From: Gekko japonicus | Lineage: Eukaryota | Assembly (NCBI RefSeq): GCF_001447785.1 | Contig: NW_015162061.1 | Location: 64,887-128,886 of the forward strand | Reading direction: 5' to 3' | Length of the DNA: 64,000 nt | Part shown: piece by piece, positions 50,462 to 63,089 of the stretch | Layout: each line of letters starts with the position of its first letter | How positions within the stretch are numbered: the stretch's first letter is position 1 | Program-made: the position numbers and the translations under genes | The notes under the pieces: generated by a model | What the model saw: only the letters and a program-made list of their open reading frames with translations | Database searches by the model: none | Told to the model about the DNA's origin: nothing

Positions 50462-53172
50462 CCCTAAACTGTTACCAAAGAGAGACAGCATTCTATAGAA
50501 CATGTTCATAAATAAAAATTTATTTCAAACAAGCAAGATATTTATAAGGCACGATTATACCACAGAAATCAATATTTTCCCCCAAAGTAATGTGAGGGGA
50601 TTCTTGATAGGAAAATAATTAAATCAGCTAGTAATTCCTGTTGACCCATATGCTACATAAAGTTCAAAAAACCAACCAGGTTGTGGCTGTTGGGAACATG
50701 TAATCTTAAAATAAACCTACTCCTCCTTAGGGAACTAGCCCATTAAACAGATAATTAAATGGCAGCTATTTTCTAATACAAAACTGATTAAAGATGGTGA
50801 AGAAAACAAAAGTATTGCATGAGCTTTCCAAATATATGCCAGTATAGTAGCAAAAGTACCATCAAATGAAAAAATATTATTTAACTATTGTTAGAATAAT
50901 ATTTTTTCACATATTTAATAGTGATGTGCTTCTCAACCCACAATATTGAAGCTCGGGTAGCACCTAAAAAAACTTTTAAAAGTTAACATTTACCCTAAAG
51001 GCATTTATGCAAGGAATTTTAATACAATAATATGAAACAAATTTCAGATTACAGTAAAAGGTGTTTGTTTTCTACCTAGATATTCAGAATGTGTTATTGG
51101 AGAAAGATGAACATAAACTTTAATTAACTGTCTTGGGTGTGTAAAGAAGCTAATTCCTATGAGGAAAAAAATGGAAGTAAGCAGTACAGCAGATGTTCAC
51201 CATTCATGAGGAATCTATTCCTGGGATCGCTACAAATGACAAACTCCATGAATACCAGTTTGCTGGCTCTCAGGAGTAAAACAACCAAATGTCCCACAAA
51301 ATTTATTGATGATGATTATGATGATGGTGTACTGGAAGTAAAAACATGCTGGAGGCCTTATCACATGACTGAGCCACAGAGCATGAATAAGTATAATTGC
51401 AAGTCATAAATCCAGGAATGTTGATGGCCTACTGAACCACACAGATTGCTTGGTTTCAAGTACTTAAATCAACAAGCCTTAATGATTCCTCAACCACGTT
51501 TTACCTAGGACCTTTACTATGATTTGGTATCTTCTTTTATCAGAAAGAAGATACACAAGACTGCCAACATTTTCATCACCTTCATTCTAACAGTTAACTA
51601 CCCGCCCACAACACAAAACCAGAAAGAACGCTACAGCTTGCTTCTTGTGCGTGAATAAACAATTCACTCATATTACCTTAATCATATTGCCCACCGACTG
51701 TCCTTAGCCGGGTTCCTTAGGGTCCGCACCCACATGTGTCTCCATTACACAACAGCCTTAGTCCTGCTAAAGAGTTATAGGAGATACTACCTTGCGTAGG
51801 ACTCTACTCTTCATTTAGCATGGGTTCTCAACAGCAGGACGATTTCTAAATGCTTCCTGTTTCATCTTCAGTGAGACATTTATTTTTGGTCCCCAATTTT
51901 TTTCCTTCCTAGATCTATCACAACTTCAGCCTTTCCTGTTTCTGCAGTGCTGTTCCAAACATGGGATATTTCTTTAGCCCCTTCAGCTCTATTCCTGTTA
52001 TGCCACCCCCTTCGTATGCTGGGAGGCATGGATTCTTAGCATGAAACCTTTCGCTTGTACTAGATTCAGACAAGATCACCCTGCTTGAGAGCATCATTAG
52101 TTCCCCACCATACATACCATTCATACAGGGCACAGCCTCTTGACAGGCACGAAGACCTTTTCTTACTTATGAAAACACACTTGTACTGTTAATCCTTACG
52201 TTTCCTCTTACTATTGACAAATTATAGTCATTCGTTTTTCTCAGCACCAGAATAGTTTATATACAGAGACTCAAGAGAGAAAATTCCACTCCCCCCCATT
52301 CAACCCCACTTCCTTCTACAGCTTCTTTCTGCCTCTCCCCCTCTGCTTTTCTCCCCCACCCCTGCCAGCCCTCCTCCCCTTCCCCACTGCTGCTCCCATT
52401 GCTTCCTTGCCTGCCTGCTCAAAGCACCACTGATGCCTCTCCAGCAGCACTGCCTCTATCACACTCTTCACCACCTCCTACCTTCTCCACCACCTTTACA
52501 GTCAGTGCCTCACTACTTGTCAGTAGCAGCAGTTTCTCCTCTGGATTGTCTGCCTGACTTGCCCAGCAGTGGCACATCTGTGCTGTTCCTACTGTGTTTG
52601 CATGTTTAAGGGGTTGATAAGCAACCCCCAAAAATGGCAGCTAAGATCTAATGATGGAATGTTTCAAGTTCTCATTTTCTGCCACTGTAAGGTAAGGTTC
52701 TAAAACTTAAAAATTCCTTCGGCTTTTTCCCTCCGTTTTCAGATTAGGCCAACCTAGGGGGCTGTCCCAGGATTAGAGAAAGATCCCCCTATCTGAATCC
52801 CCCTTATTTAACATTTTTTGATCTGCATTCTAGGACTACTATGCAAAATTATATATATGACTGATATTTAGTATACGGATAGTTTGGGGTGAATAATTAA
52901 TTTGTTTTGTCTTTTTTTTCTTTACAGCACTATCTGCCAATATATGACTACAGTTAAACCACAATCTTTGACTGATCAGTCAACTAGTAATCTGTTCTTC
53001 TCTTGCTAAACTCTAGCTTACAAATTGAGCTGTTGAAGTTCTCAGCAGAGCCCAAGAATACTTGCTAAATGCAGTACATATGAATTACACCCTGCCTACA
53101 AAAATCATTTAATTCTGTCAGTTTTGCAACCTGCAAAACATGCAGCAACATCCACAGAATCTTACAGGGATG

Positions 53173-53390
53173 ATACACCCTTAATTCTCCAATAAAAAAA
53201 CTAAAATTGATGGTGGAACATATATCAGGCCAATATACACTTTCAGTTTTCGCATCTGTGTTTTTCCTTTTATTTAAGGTGTACACCCTTAATTCTCCAA
53301 TTAAAAAAAACTAAAATTGATGGTGGAACATGTATCAGGCCAATATACACTTTCAGTTTCCGCATCTGTGTTTTTCCTTTTATTTAAGGT
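53173..53390. repeat. About 110-bp tandem duplication
   Basis: TACACCCTTAATTCTCCAAT...TTTATTTAAGGT occurs twice, nearly identical. Confidence 0.9.
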
Positions 53391-53802
53391 TGAGCAAGTA
53401 CTTAACTTCTGTGGCTTTTTTTAAAAAAATAAAAGGAACTGGAACTGTTTGAACTGCCATTTGTAGGTAGTGTTGAAAACTGAATGAAGAAACTGATACT
53501 TCAGAGTAGCAGACAAAAAAATACTTTGTTCGTCTATAAAAAGGAACTGGTCTAGAGGAAACTCTGGGCTAATAGCTCAGAGGCCAGCTCAGTCAGTCCG
53601 GTAATTATTAGCACAGCAGATATTAGGTTCTTTACTTTTTTGAACAATAATATCTTTTAACTTGCCAAGGGAATTGTCTTGGTAAGAGGACTGAATGGGT
53701 GTTATGTTGGTCCAATCTGTTACACTTTACTCTACTTGCCCTTCCTCTCTAGCTGATGCAGGCCCCACTTGTCAGAAGTACGTATAAAGGATGGGGGGGA
53801 GG

Positions 53803-54101
53803 GAACCAGTTTGGTGTAGTGGTTAAGTGCATGGACTCTAATCTGGGAGAACTGGGTTTGATTCCCCACTCCTCCACTTGCACCTGCTGATGTGACCTTG
53901 GGTCAGTCACAAGTTCTGGCACAACTGTCCTTGAAAAAGAGCAGTTTGTGTCAGCCCCATCCACCTCACAGAGTTCTCTCAGCCCCATCCACCTCACAGG
54001 GTGTCTGTTGTGGGGAGGGGGAGGGAAAGGAGTTTGTAAGCCGCTCTGAGACACCAAGTGAAGGGCGGGGTATAAATCCAATCTCTTCTCTTCTTCTCTC
54101 C
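53803..54101 (+). mobile_element. tRNA/CORE SINE with L2-like tail (Squam3/MIR-like)
   Basis: A and B boxes, CORE-like CTCAGCCCCATCCACCTCACAG (internally duplicated), TC-rich tail. Confidence 0.88.
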
Positions 54102-55893
54102 TCAAGGATTTTAAAATTTATTTTTCCAATGAAAATTTGGAGGGACACCGAAAAGCATTCCTATAAAATATTCTCTTTTGGACTGAGTAGAATGCTTTCT
54201 GAAACAAGGTTTTATTCACAGAATGTGTAATATAAAAATTGTTATGGAAGAGAATCCATAACATTATATAATGACAATTCCTACGGACATTTCTAAAGTG
54301 TAAAATATACTTTCAAGTATATATTTGTACGATAATCAATTGTAGAGTAATTCAATGTTACAACATTAATCTTGATATACTCATATGCACTATAGGGTCA
54401 TATCTGTCCAATAACACTTTCCAGAACTTCAGAATTTGTGTGTTTTCTATTTGAAACTTTCTTTTTACTACAATCAGATAGGGAAAACCAACATACATGT
54501 GCTAAGGTAGCACAGGGTTACAGCTTTATCTTGAGTATTGGATGCATTTCCAATCTTGCTTGAAGAAAACGAAGGCAAGCCTTCACATTTCATAAGTATG
54601 CCATCACACAATTTTACATGCTGTGTTATTAATAATGCATTTTATATTGTCAAAGCAGTAAAATAATCACAGTAAGCATTGCATATGTTTCAGTTTTTCC
54701 CATGGTTTCAAAATGTCCAGAAATTTTATATCTCTACTCAGAACCTCACAAGCTCAGTATAGTATAAAGCATCTCCAAGTGTGCTGCCTACGTACTTAGC
54801 TGAACTTCCTATAAAAATTGACTTTTAAAGTAATTTACCTCAGGAAAAATTTGAAAAACAGAAGCTGCCCCTGGAGTTCCAGAATAAAAACCTCAAAGAA
54901 CTGTTCAACCAATCATTCACAGTTACAGCAACCTTACCTGACTGCTGGCTTTAGTACGTCCCAAGAATCACGTGTTTTTAATTATAATAAACATGCAGAA
55001 ATGCTATCATTTCTATTGCCACTGTATTAGAAATCCTTCCACACAGTTTATTTTTGTTAGAAAATTATGTTCCCAATATTAATTCAGTCCAATGAAATTA
55101 AAAAACCTAGTGCTGGGTCAATAAATTTGTGATCTGGTTATCCAGAATAAAGCTCATATAAAAGGCCAATTAAAATATATCTTTCTAAAATAATCAGTAG
55201 TAACTCATAAAGTTTCCAATATTTAGGCCGTCCTTCTCCCAGCAGTTCTAACCACTTTGATGCAGTTGTTTTATTTGCATCCCATGTTTTCTCTAAGGAA
55301 TTCACATTATACATGGGATTTCCAGATAGTCTTCAATTCAGATCTGCTTGAATAAACAACACAAGCCACGAGATGATTATTTTCTGGGATCCAGTTTCAG
55401 CCTGGAGATCAAAATTAGTAGAACAAGCAGCAGCAACCAAATGTAAATCTAACACTTTGTCACCCAAATCAAAACGCACTGTTAATTTGTTTTGGTTTTT
55501 AAAGCAGAAATTATCTTGGATTAAAGATACTGTGATCCAAGAAACACTCAATGACCTTGGCCATATCACTTGTTATTATCACATTTAAGGTAATATCTCA
55601 ATGAACAAGTATCACTTGTTATTATCACATTTAAGGTAATAACGTTCTCCTTTTCACTATATATTCTGGAAATGGAAACTCCATTTTTGCTGTTATACTT
55701 TCTATTTATTTGTACCAGAGAACCAGTGTGGTACAGTGGAATACTGCTTCAATTTAGACTAGGAGTTAAAACTCCAGTCAGCCATGAAGCCCACTAGATG
55801 ACTTTGGACTCCTGGGGAGAAAATTATATTTACATGTCCTTATAAAAGAAGTCTTAAAATGAACCTAAATGTATTTATCCATATGCCCCTGAC

Positions 55894-56217
55894 CAGAGGT
55901 CATTTCGGGGGGAATCGCGGGGGATCGCAGTTCCCCCGGGTGAGGTACGGGGGCGGGGCATATGACGAAGCCCCGCCCCCCGCTTCCGGCCCTCATTCAG
56001 CCAGGAGGAGGCAGGAGAAGAGGGAGGGTAAGTTGCTTCCTCCCTGCCTCTCCCCACCCCTGCCTGCCTGGGGCCAGGGAGGGCCTTTGCGGGGCTTCTG
56101 GTGATGTCAGGGGGTGTGGCCTTATGACACACTTCCGGTGATGTCAGGGGGTGTGGCATATGCTAATGAGTTATGCTAATGAGTTCCCCTGGCTCTTTTT
56201 CTACGAAACGACCCCTG
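55894..56217. mobile_element. hAT-type MITE (324 bp, GC/CpG-rich, different family)
   Basis: TIRs CAGAGGTCATTTCG and CGAAACGACCCCTG; perfect 8-bp TSD CCCCTGAC (55886-55893 and 56218-56225). Confidence 0.9.
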
Positions 56218-56307
56218 CCCCTGACAGTATTTGAGGTTTTTATTTAAACTTTTATGTGTTGAGTATTAATTACCTTTGAGACTGTTAAGTCAAAACACAG
56301 AATAGAT

Positions 56308-56532
56308 AGAGCCAGTGTGGCGTAGAAGTCAGACTAGTATCCGGGAGACCTGGGTTTGAATCCCCACTCGCACCATGGAAGCTCACTGGGTGACCTTGGG
56401 CCAGTCACACTCTCTCAGTCTAACCTACCTCACAGGGTTGCTGTGAGGATAAAACGGAGGAGAGGAGAATGATGTCATCCGCTCTGGGTCCCCACTGGGG
56501 AGAAAGGTGAGGTACAAATGAATAAAGTAAAT
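56308..56532 (+). mobile_element. tRNA/CORE SINE, related subfamily
   Basis: GCCAGTGTGGCGTAG...GGTTTGAATCCC...CTAACCTACCTCACAGGGTTGCTGTGAGG; older relatives at about 3380-3560 (+), 4510-4720 (-) and 48680-48885 (+). Confidence 0.8.
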
Positions 56533-56585
56533 ACCTTAACTATTACAGCTAGGGGTTACATCTCTCTCCTGTTGTATCTTATAGT

Positions 56586-56780
56586 TCCAGAGGGTAGCCA
56601 TGCTGGTCTGCAGTAGAGCAGCTAGATTGAAATCCAATAGCACCATCGAGACCAACAAGACTTCTGGGTATAAACTTTCAAGAGTCAAAGGTACCTGAGA
56701 AAGGGAGCTTTCACTCTCAAAAGCTTATACCCCAAAAACCTTTGTGGTCTCTAAAGGTGCTACTGGACTCAAATCTAGCT
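56586..56780. mobile_element. Second Penelope-like fold-back relic (different subfamily)
   Basis: Inverted arms AGCTAGATTGAAATCCAATAGCACC and GGTGCTACTGGACTCAAATCTAGCT; degenerate hammerhead-like core at 56690-56731. Confidence 0.68.
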
Positions 56781-57569
56781 ATCTTATAAATACTAAATCC
56801 CTGTTTGTCATGACACACTCTCTCGGATGTTATAAGATTCTGCAGAGGGTTATCAGTCTCACTGAGTTACTTTCTCCTCTCCCTTTTCAGGTTCATGTGA
56901 CTTGCCAACTTCACCATAATTGCAACCACCCACACATTTTGGAACAATACCTCTATCTATAGAACTTCAGAACACTTCCAATTGCANNNNNNNNNNNNNN
57001 NNNNNNNNNNNNNNNNNNNNNNNNNNNNNNNNNNNNNNNNNAATCTAAACCAGAAAGAAAGCGTTTACGATTGGCTTCACACATTATAGAGAAATGGGAG
57101 CAGAGGAGAAAGGAAACGTATCTATCTGCCTCAGACATATTGTACAGCTTATCCATCTCTGCACAAGAGATGGTTCCAACACAGAAAGCTTTCAGATTAT
57201 GTAAAAGATAAATCATGAGTGATTTGCACATTCCTTCTCCCCAGTTCCATAGAACGTTCAACAGTACTTACATTTACTATATAAAATCTCTTAAGAGCTA
57301 TATTTGATAAATCAACCATCCACAGGATGAAGCTACTGTACAATACCTCAGAATAAATTAGCAGTTCATACTGAAAGAGGGCAAAATATAACCAAGAGAG
57401 CATCTGTCTCTGCAGGATGAACTACAGAAAAGGCCATGGGTATTATTTATGGATATGACATTTGAATTCCATCAAAGAATGGTTTGACTACCAAAAAAAC
57501 TAGGTGGAGACTCAGATATTGCCTGCGCCCAAGCATTTCCAGAGTGAAATTTTCAAATCTGGCAAAATC

Positions 57570-57796
57570 TGGCCCTCCTATCTTCAAACAAGTCAGCACC
57601 AATGAGCTGCAGAGCCTTGTGAGCAAAAATGCTACTTTGTGAGCTACTGGCATTAAAGTTGTGAGCAGACGATTTGACTACTGCATAAATTAGTTTGCTC
57701 TGGAGCCGTCCTTCCTGAGCTAAGACAAAAATCTGTGAGCTGGAGACTAAAAACCTGTGAGCTAGCTCACACTAACTCAGCTTAGAGGGAACACTG
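57570..57796. mobile_element. MITE fragment ending in the TIR-like sequence CTTAGAGGGAACACTG
   Basis: Terminal motif recalled from squamate DNA-transposon MITEs; partner TIR not found. Confidence 0.45.
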
Positions 57797-58529
57797 GTCA
57801 GCACCATGCAACTTGGCCATAGTTTTCACAGGCAGAGGTTGCCAGGGGAGGGAAAGATGAAGACAAGGGGAAAGAGAGAAGGAATGTTGACTGGTGGCTG
57901 CAAAGGAGAGAAGGAAGCAGGAAAGGTGGAAAGGCTATGGGGGCCTTTCAGAAAAGAGGGAAAGAGGAAAATGTGATGCCCCCTAAAAGTCCTTGCAATT
58001 CCCTGCTTATAGATTTAAGACTTTTATGCAAAACCTGGTTTGTAGAAAGATCTGCCTTGTCTGTTCATTGTTCCAATCTCCAGATCTAAATATCTACAGA
58101 TGAGGCCGTATTGAAAATCAAGATATTTTGATGTACATATGAGACTAGCTGCAGAACGTCTGTAACACTTATACAGAACACAGCAATTATAAGTTTAACT
58201 TAACATCATGCACCACAGAAGCATCCAAGTTTTTCCAAACTGTATTAACATGAGCACTCCAAATAACAAAAGGTAGTATAAACTAGAATGGTTACTCATT
58301 GATAACAAACATGTAGCAACAAAGAGTTCAGCAGAGGGTCAGCCGTTACTAGAGAAAACAACACTGAATACTAGCACAAAATTCAGCAGTGCCATCAGTA
58401 TAATTAGAACTCATTCAAATACTTTTTTGCTATACAATGTAGCTCTCAGAATTGTTGGCTCACAATAAAATCTTAACATCAATTTTTTAAAAAAAACAAA
58501 ATTCCCACTGTGGATATGGATTATAGATA

Positions 58530-59162
58530 GAGGGTGGTGCAGGCAGTAAAAGAGCCTGCACAGTAAAACATCAACAGCTTTAAGCTGTTCGACTCCCACC
58601 GCGGCCGGGGTGAGCTCCCAGCCCTTGTCCTAGCTCCCACCTACCCAGCGGTTCGAAAGCCTAGCAAGTAGATAAATGGGTACCTGCCTTAGGTGCAGGG
58701 GGGCACCCACCTTCCAGTGCAGTGGCGGCAAAAAGAACAGTGGTGCTGGTGGCAGGCGACGGCGGCGAGGCAATCTGGTGAGAATATGGTGGCGAAGTGG
58801 ACATCGAGCAGCAGGCATTCCGAGCGGGGATTGGTCCAGAGACGTGGCGACGCAGCATGGCCGGAGCCAATCGGACAGAGGCCAGTGCAGCAGTCGTCGC
58901 AGTCACGGACTGTGGAACTACCCCAGAAGGAGCCGCTGCGGAGCCGCGCTGAGACAGATCCCACCACGAGGAAGCCGCAGAAAGAAGAATATCAAAAATA
59001 AGCCGGTAGGGTGCCTGGTAGGCACTCACTTTCCCTATACACTGTGTGGCCCTAGCTAGGAAGTTATAAAAAAAAAGCCCATGTAAACCGCTCAGAGCCT
59101 CCGGGATGGAGCGGTATAGAAATTGAATGAATGAATGAATGAATGAATGAATGAATAAATAA
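58530..59162 (+). mobile_element. Chimeric SINE: Sauria-like head, CpG-rich unique body, L2-like tail with (TGAA)n
   Basis: GTGAGCTCCC...GGTTCGAAAGCCTAGCAAGTAGATAAATGGGTACC is shared with the SINE at 25498; tail TGTAAACCGCTCAGAG...GAGCGGTATAGAAAT(TGAA)n. Confidence 0.75.
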
Positions 59163-59518
59163 GACATAGTCACACGTACTGGAAACCTACTAACCAAACA
59201 TAATGGCAGCATGTACTACAGCTTTGGTACTCACTAAATATGATTTTTTTCAGGTGGCTGCATTTGTGCTTGGTAAATACACATGTTGTTCACACAACAT
59301 GCCAACCATGCTATCGGGAGGATCACTAGCCACTTGTGTTCCCATTCTGCAACTGATAGGCTCCAAGGATTCGTGATTTTAACATCTGAAAAGGACTACA
59401 GTGAAGCAGTAACCTATTCTGTCCAAAATTGTTCTAAGCATTTTTACATACAGTATGCAGTCTTTGGGTATCTGACATTTAAAAAAATGTTGCTTAAATA
59501 TCTATTTAGCTTAAGTAA

Positions 59519-59810
59519 TAATATACTTTATTGTCATTGTACATAGTACAACGAAAGTAAGGTGCAATCATTTGGTGATCTACAAGCATACTCATATACA
59601 CTCACACAACCATACTCATATACACTCACACAACCCATTAGGGTTCACATTGCAACTTAACCACCAATGTCAACAAAACCACCAAATTCCAATTCATACA
59701 GCATTTAAAGCAATAATAGCTCTCGAATAAAAACTGTTTTTTAATCTGTTTGTCCTTGTTTTGATTGTCCTATATCTTCTACCCGAAGGCAGCAGTTCAA
59801 ACAGGGAGTT
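59519..59810 (-). mobile_element. Rex1/Babar-like LINE 3' fragment
   Basis: Minus strand translates to LFELLPSGRRYRTIKTRTNRLKNSFYSRAIIALN; 3' end GTACAATGACAATAAAG. Confidence 0.75.
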
Positions 59811-62800
59811 ACCAAAACAGATGTGGTATTATGAAGAAGCACATTTTTCCTGGGAGGTTTGAGATGAGCACAACTGCCACTGGCATTTTAAAAGTATCCC
59901 CCCCCCGGCAGAGACAGGTGGGGGGGGGGGGCAGTTCAATTGCTTCCCAGATGTACATCAGCTCACCTTCATACAAATGCTAATAGATCAAGAGAAGTAA
60001 TGGGTGACCCAAGCCCTCCCGCAAGCAGGGAACAGACAGTTGGAGGAATAGAGTGCTAGAGAGTCTCCAGAAAACAGATTCCTGGAGATCTCCAGGAAAC
60101 ACCTCTTTGATCTGCAGTGACCTGGTCAAGGGGTGGAGAAAGATATGATAAAATCTCCTTACAGGAGGAAGGAGGTCTCTTGGCCTTGGGTGTTGAGGCC
60201 ATGAGTGCAGGGGGGCACCCGCCTTCCAGTGCAGTGGACCTGACCTCTCCTCTGGGAAGGCAGCCATTTTTGACCATTTGCTGGCCTGAAGAGCTGGAAG
60301 GAGCTTAAAGGTAAAGGCAACTCTGCAGAGATCTAAAACATCCTATGTTTAAGGACCCTGTCCTATTTTAACATCAGATAGGGCATTTATAGAGAGTGAG
60401 GCAGAGGATTTATGTTTTACCCATTTTTGTTGTTCCCATGCTCAATTTGGTGCTGTGCTAAAAGTATGCTTATGAACATTTATTTTGAATACTTTATAAA
60501 CTTTGAAGCTGGTAGGGGTTCTCTGCACCACATAGACCTCCACCATCTCAGACATACTATTTTAAAGGGAGGAGCACCAGGGGAAGGCAGGCAATTGGCA
60601 AGCGGCTATTCCTCCATGGGTGCACAACACAGTAAACTCACTGTGGTGGCCAGGTGCTGGGCAGTGGGGAACACCAAGGCAAGGCCTCAGAACTTGGAAG
60701 GGAGGCTGGGAGTCCTGACCCTCCCAGCGGGCAATTCCTACAAAGGACAGGTGGTGACAGGCTACCCAAGACTGAAAGAAAAGCCTCTCCAGGTGGTGAG
60801 AAAAACCTAGGAGGGCAGGCTGGAATAAGGTCTGCAGGCCCGAGTAGGTCTGTTCAGCCACAATATCAAATGTGTTATACCAAATCAAGTCATAGCTAAA
60901 TTAGCTTCATTCCAGTATCACACTAAATCATGGCTAGGGATACTCAGCTACTGTTTAATACACAACAAATCCCAGGTGCCAAAGTCGCCTTGGCACCTAG
61001 AAATGTCATTGTGGCTCCTTGTATTTTCAGTAATGATTTTGTTATAGCATTTCTCAGCCAAAGTACAAAGGGCTGGATCCAACCACCTTCCCCAGTATTG
61101 AAACAGGGAGGGAAGGATCCATTTGCCTGGGATCATGGTTCCTGTATGGATCAAAGCCACGTGGAACAAGAGCTGTACTTAAGGAGGGGAATCGGCTGAC
61201 ATAGAGCAAAACAAAAACTGACTAGATTTAACTATAAACTTATTTACCATTTTGGATCAGACTGTTCTGTTGTATGACATAAAAACAGATGTGCATGATG
61301 TTATTATCAATGCTTATTTATAAGTAAACTTTATACCATTCAAGAAAAGTGGATAAATAATTTTCTTAACAAGTTGCTTTCTATACCCCAATACGCAATT
61401 AAGTGAAGATTTTAAAGCAATCTTGGGATTATAAAAAATTGTGGTGAAATTAGGTTAAATGGTTAACACCACAACAAAAAGCTGACAACGAGGGTTATCC
61501 TTATACTTATTTATATACTAGAACACTTTCCATTGATTTTATCGCTAAAATGTTAGGATTAAGTTTTGTGTCAGCAATAATTTTAAAATACTGGTAATTC
61601 AAATACAAAATCCTGAAAATTGAAAAATTAGAAAAATTAGTCAAAGCCCAGTCTAACATGTTTAAAATTACAAAACATGACTTGTAACCAGGCAGCAAAT
61701 CAGAAGCCATGGTTTGAAGGGAGGCTACAAACCATGTACACTATGCTAACTATGGTTTAAAACTGTAACTGAATTGACAAACCACAGTTTTGACTGTTGC
61801 TCCAGCTCCAAGGTCTCCTGCACCATAAACGATAGAAACAATGGACAGATACAATACAAAAGCAGCAAAGCAGCTCTAGACTATGACCTACTTGTACATT
61901 TGAAAGCCCAAACCATAGTTTTGTGTGATGTTTAAATTGAACCTTGTTTCATATTCTGAAAAATCAAGTCAACAGGACACTAAATTTTCCTTTTAATTGC
62001 TACTGTGCCACTTCTTAAGGCTTTAACTCCATAAGAAACTTGCAAACCTAGCTGAATTGATTCACATTTAATGTAGTACAGCACTAGGGTTTGCAGTGAT
62101 AAATATGTAAGGAGGGTAGGTGTGTCCCTGAACACTCAAAGAGGATATGCAAGGGAACCACACCATATTGTACCTTCCTGTCCATTGCATACTTGGAAAT
62201 GCACTTTTTGATACTGACTGCAGCAAACTCTAGTGTAGCTGCACTGCTGCATGAAAAGTAAATCGATGCAAACATGAGTCATCTTTATTAGAAGTGGGAG
62301 TTGTCAGTAAACCTTTGCAGCTGGACCCCAAATTTGCGGGGCATTTATATAAGCAGTATTTTCTGCAATATGCTCTTTAGATCACATCAGCTCTTCCCGT
62401 TAAAACTTCTGTCATCCCTCTTTCAGCACCAGTTCTAAGTGTTGGTACTACAATCAATCCCTGCCCACTGGTCTAGATTTTAGAAGTCTAGATTTTAAGA
62501 CAGCGTTAAGATACAAAACATTTTGAAATTATAAAATCACAGCCACTGGTTAAGTGATGCCATAGTCAAAAAAGAAAATATGCAGGCACTGACTGGCAGA
62601 CCCTGCTGAAGAATCTGGGATGAATTCCTGTGCTTCACCCCTAGAATCCCAAATTGGGAGTCAGGACTCATGGGAAGGGTATTATGAACTATCAATGCTC
62701 ACTCACATAGAAGTTTAAAGATAAAATAAAGAGGTCTCTTAGGCAAGATCAAAGCTTCTGGAAGAAACTGTTCCAAAGCAGGGGACTTGACCTATGCATT

Positions 62801-63089
62801 AACCTAAATTTGCTTTAAAAAACTATTTTAGGTTCACCATGACAGGGCATGCCCAAGTAAGTGTAAAGAAAATAAATACAAAATGTAATTTAATAAAAAG
62901 TGCAAGATAAACTCTCCCACCATTACCACCTAATTTTATATACTCTGTTTCATTCATATGAACTGCACTGAGGTCATGATTTTTCCTCATAAAAACATGT
63001 TTCTAATTTTAAAATTAAAAGGCCAGGTAATTATTCACACATAACAGTTTATACATACACTCCTGTTTAACAGATAGCAAAGTTGTACC

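Noticed and set aside
58661-59212. Overlapping ORFs of 92-183 aa
   Set aside because: They result from GC-rich SINE sequence that is poor in stop codons.
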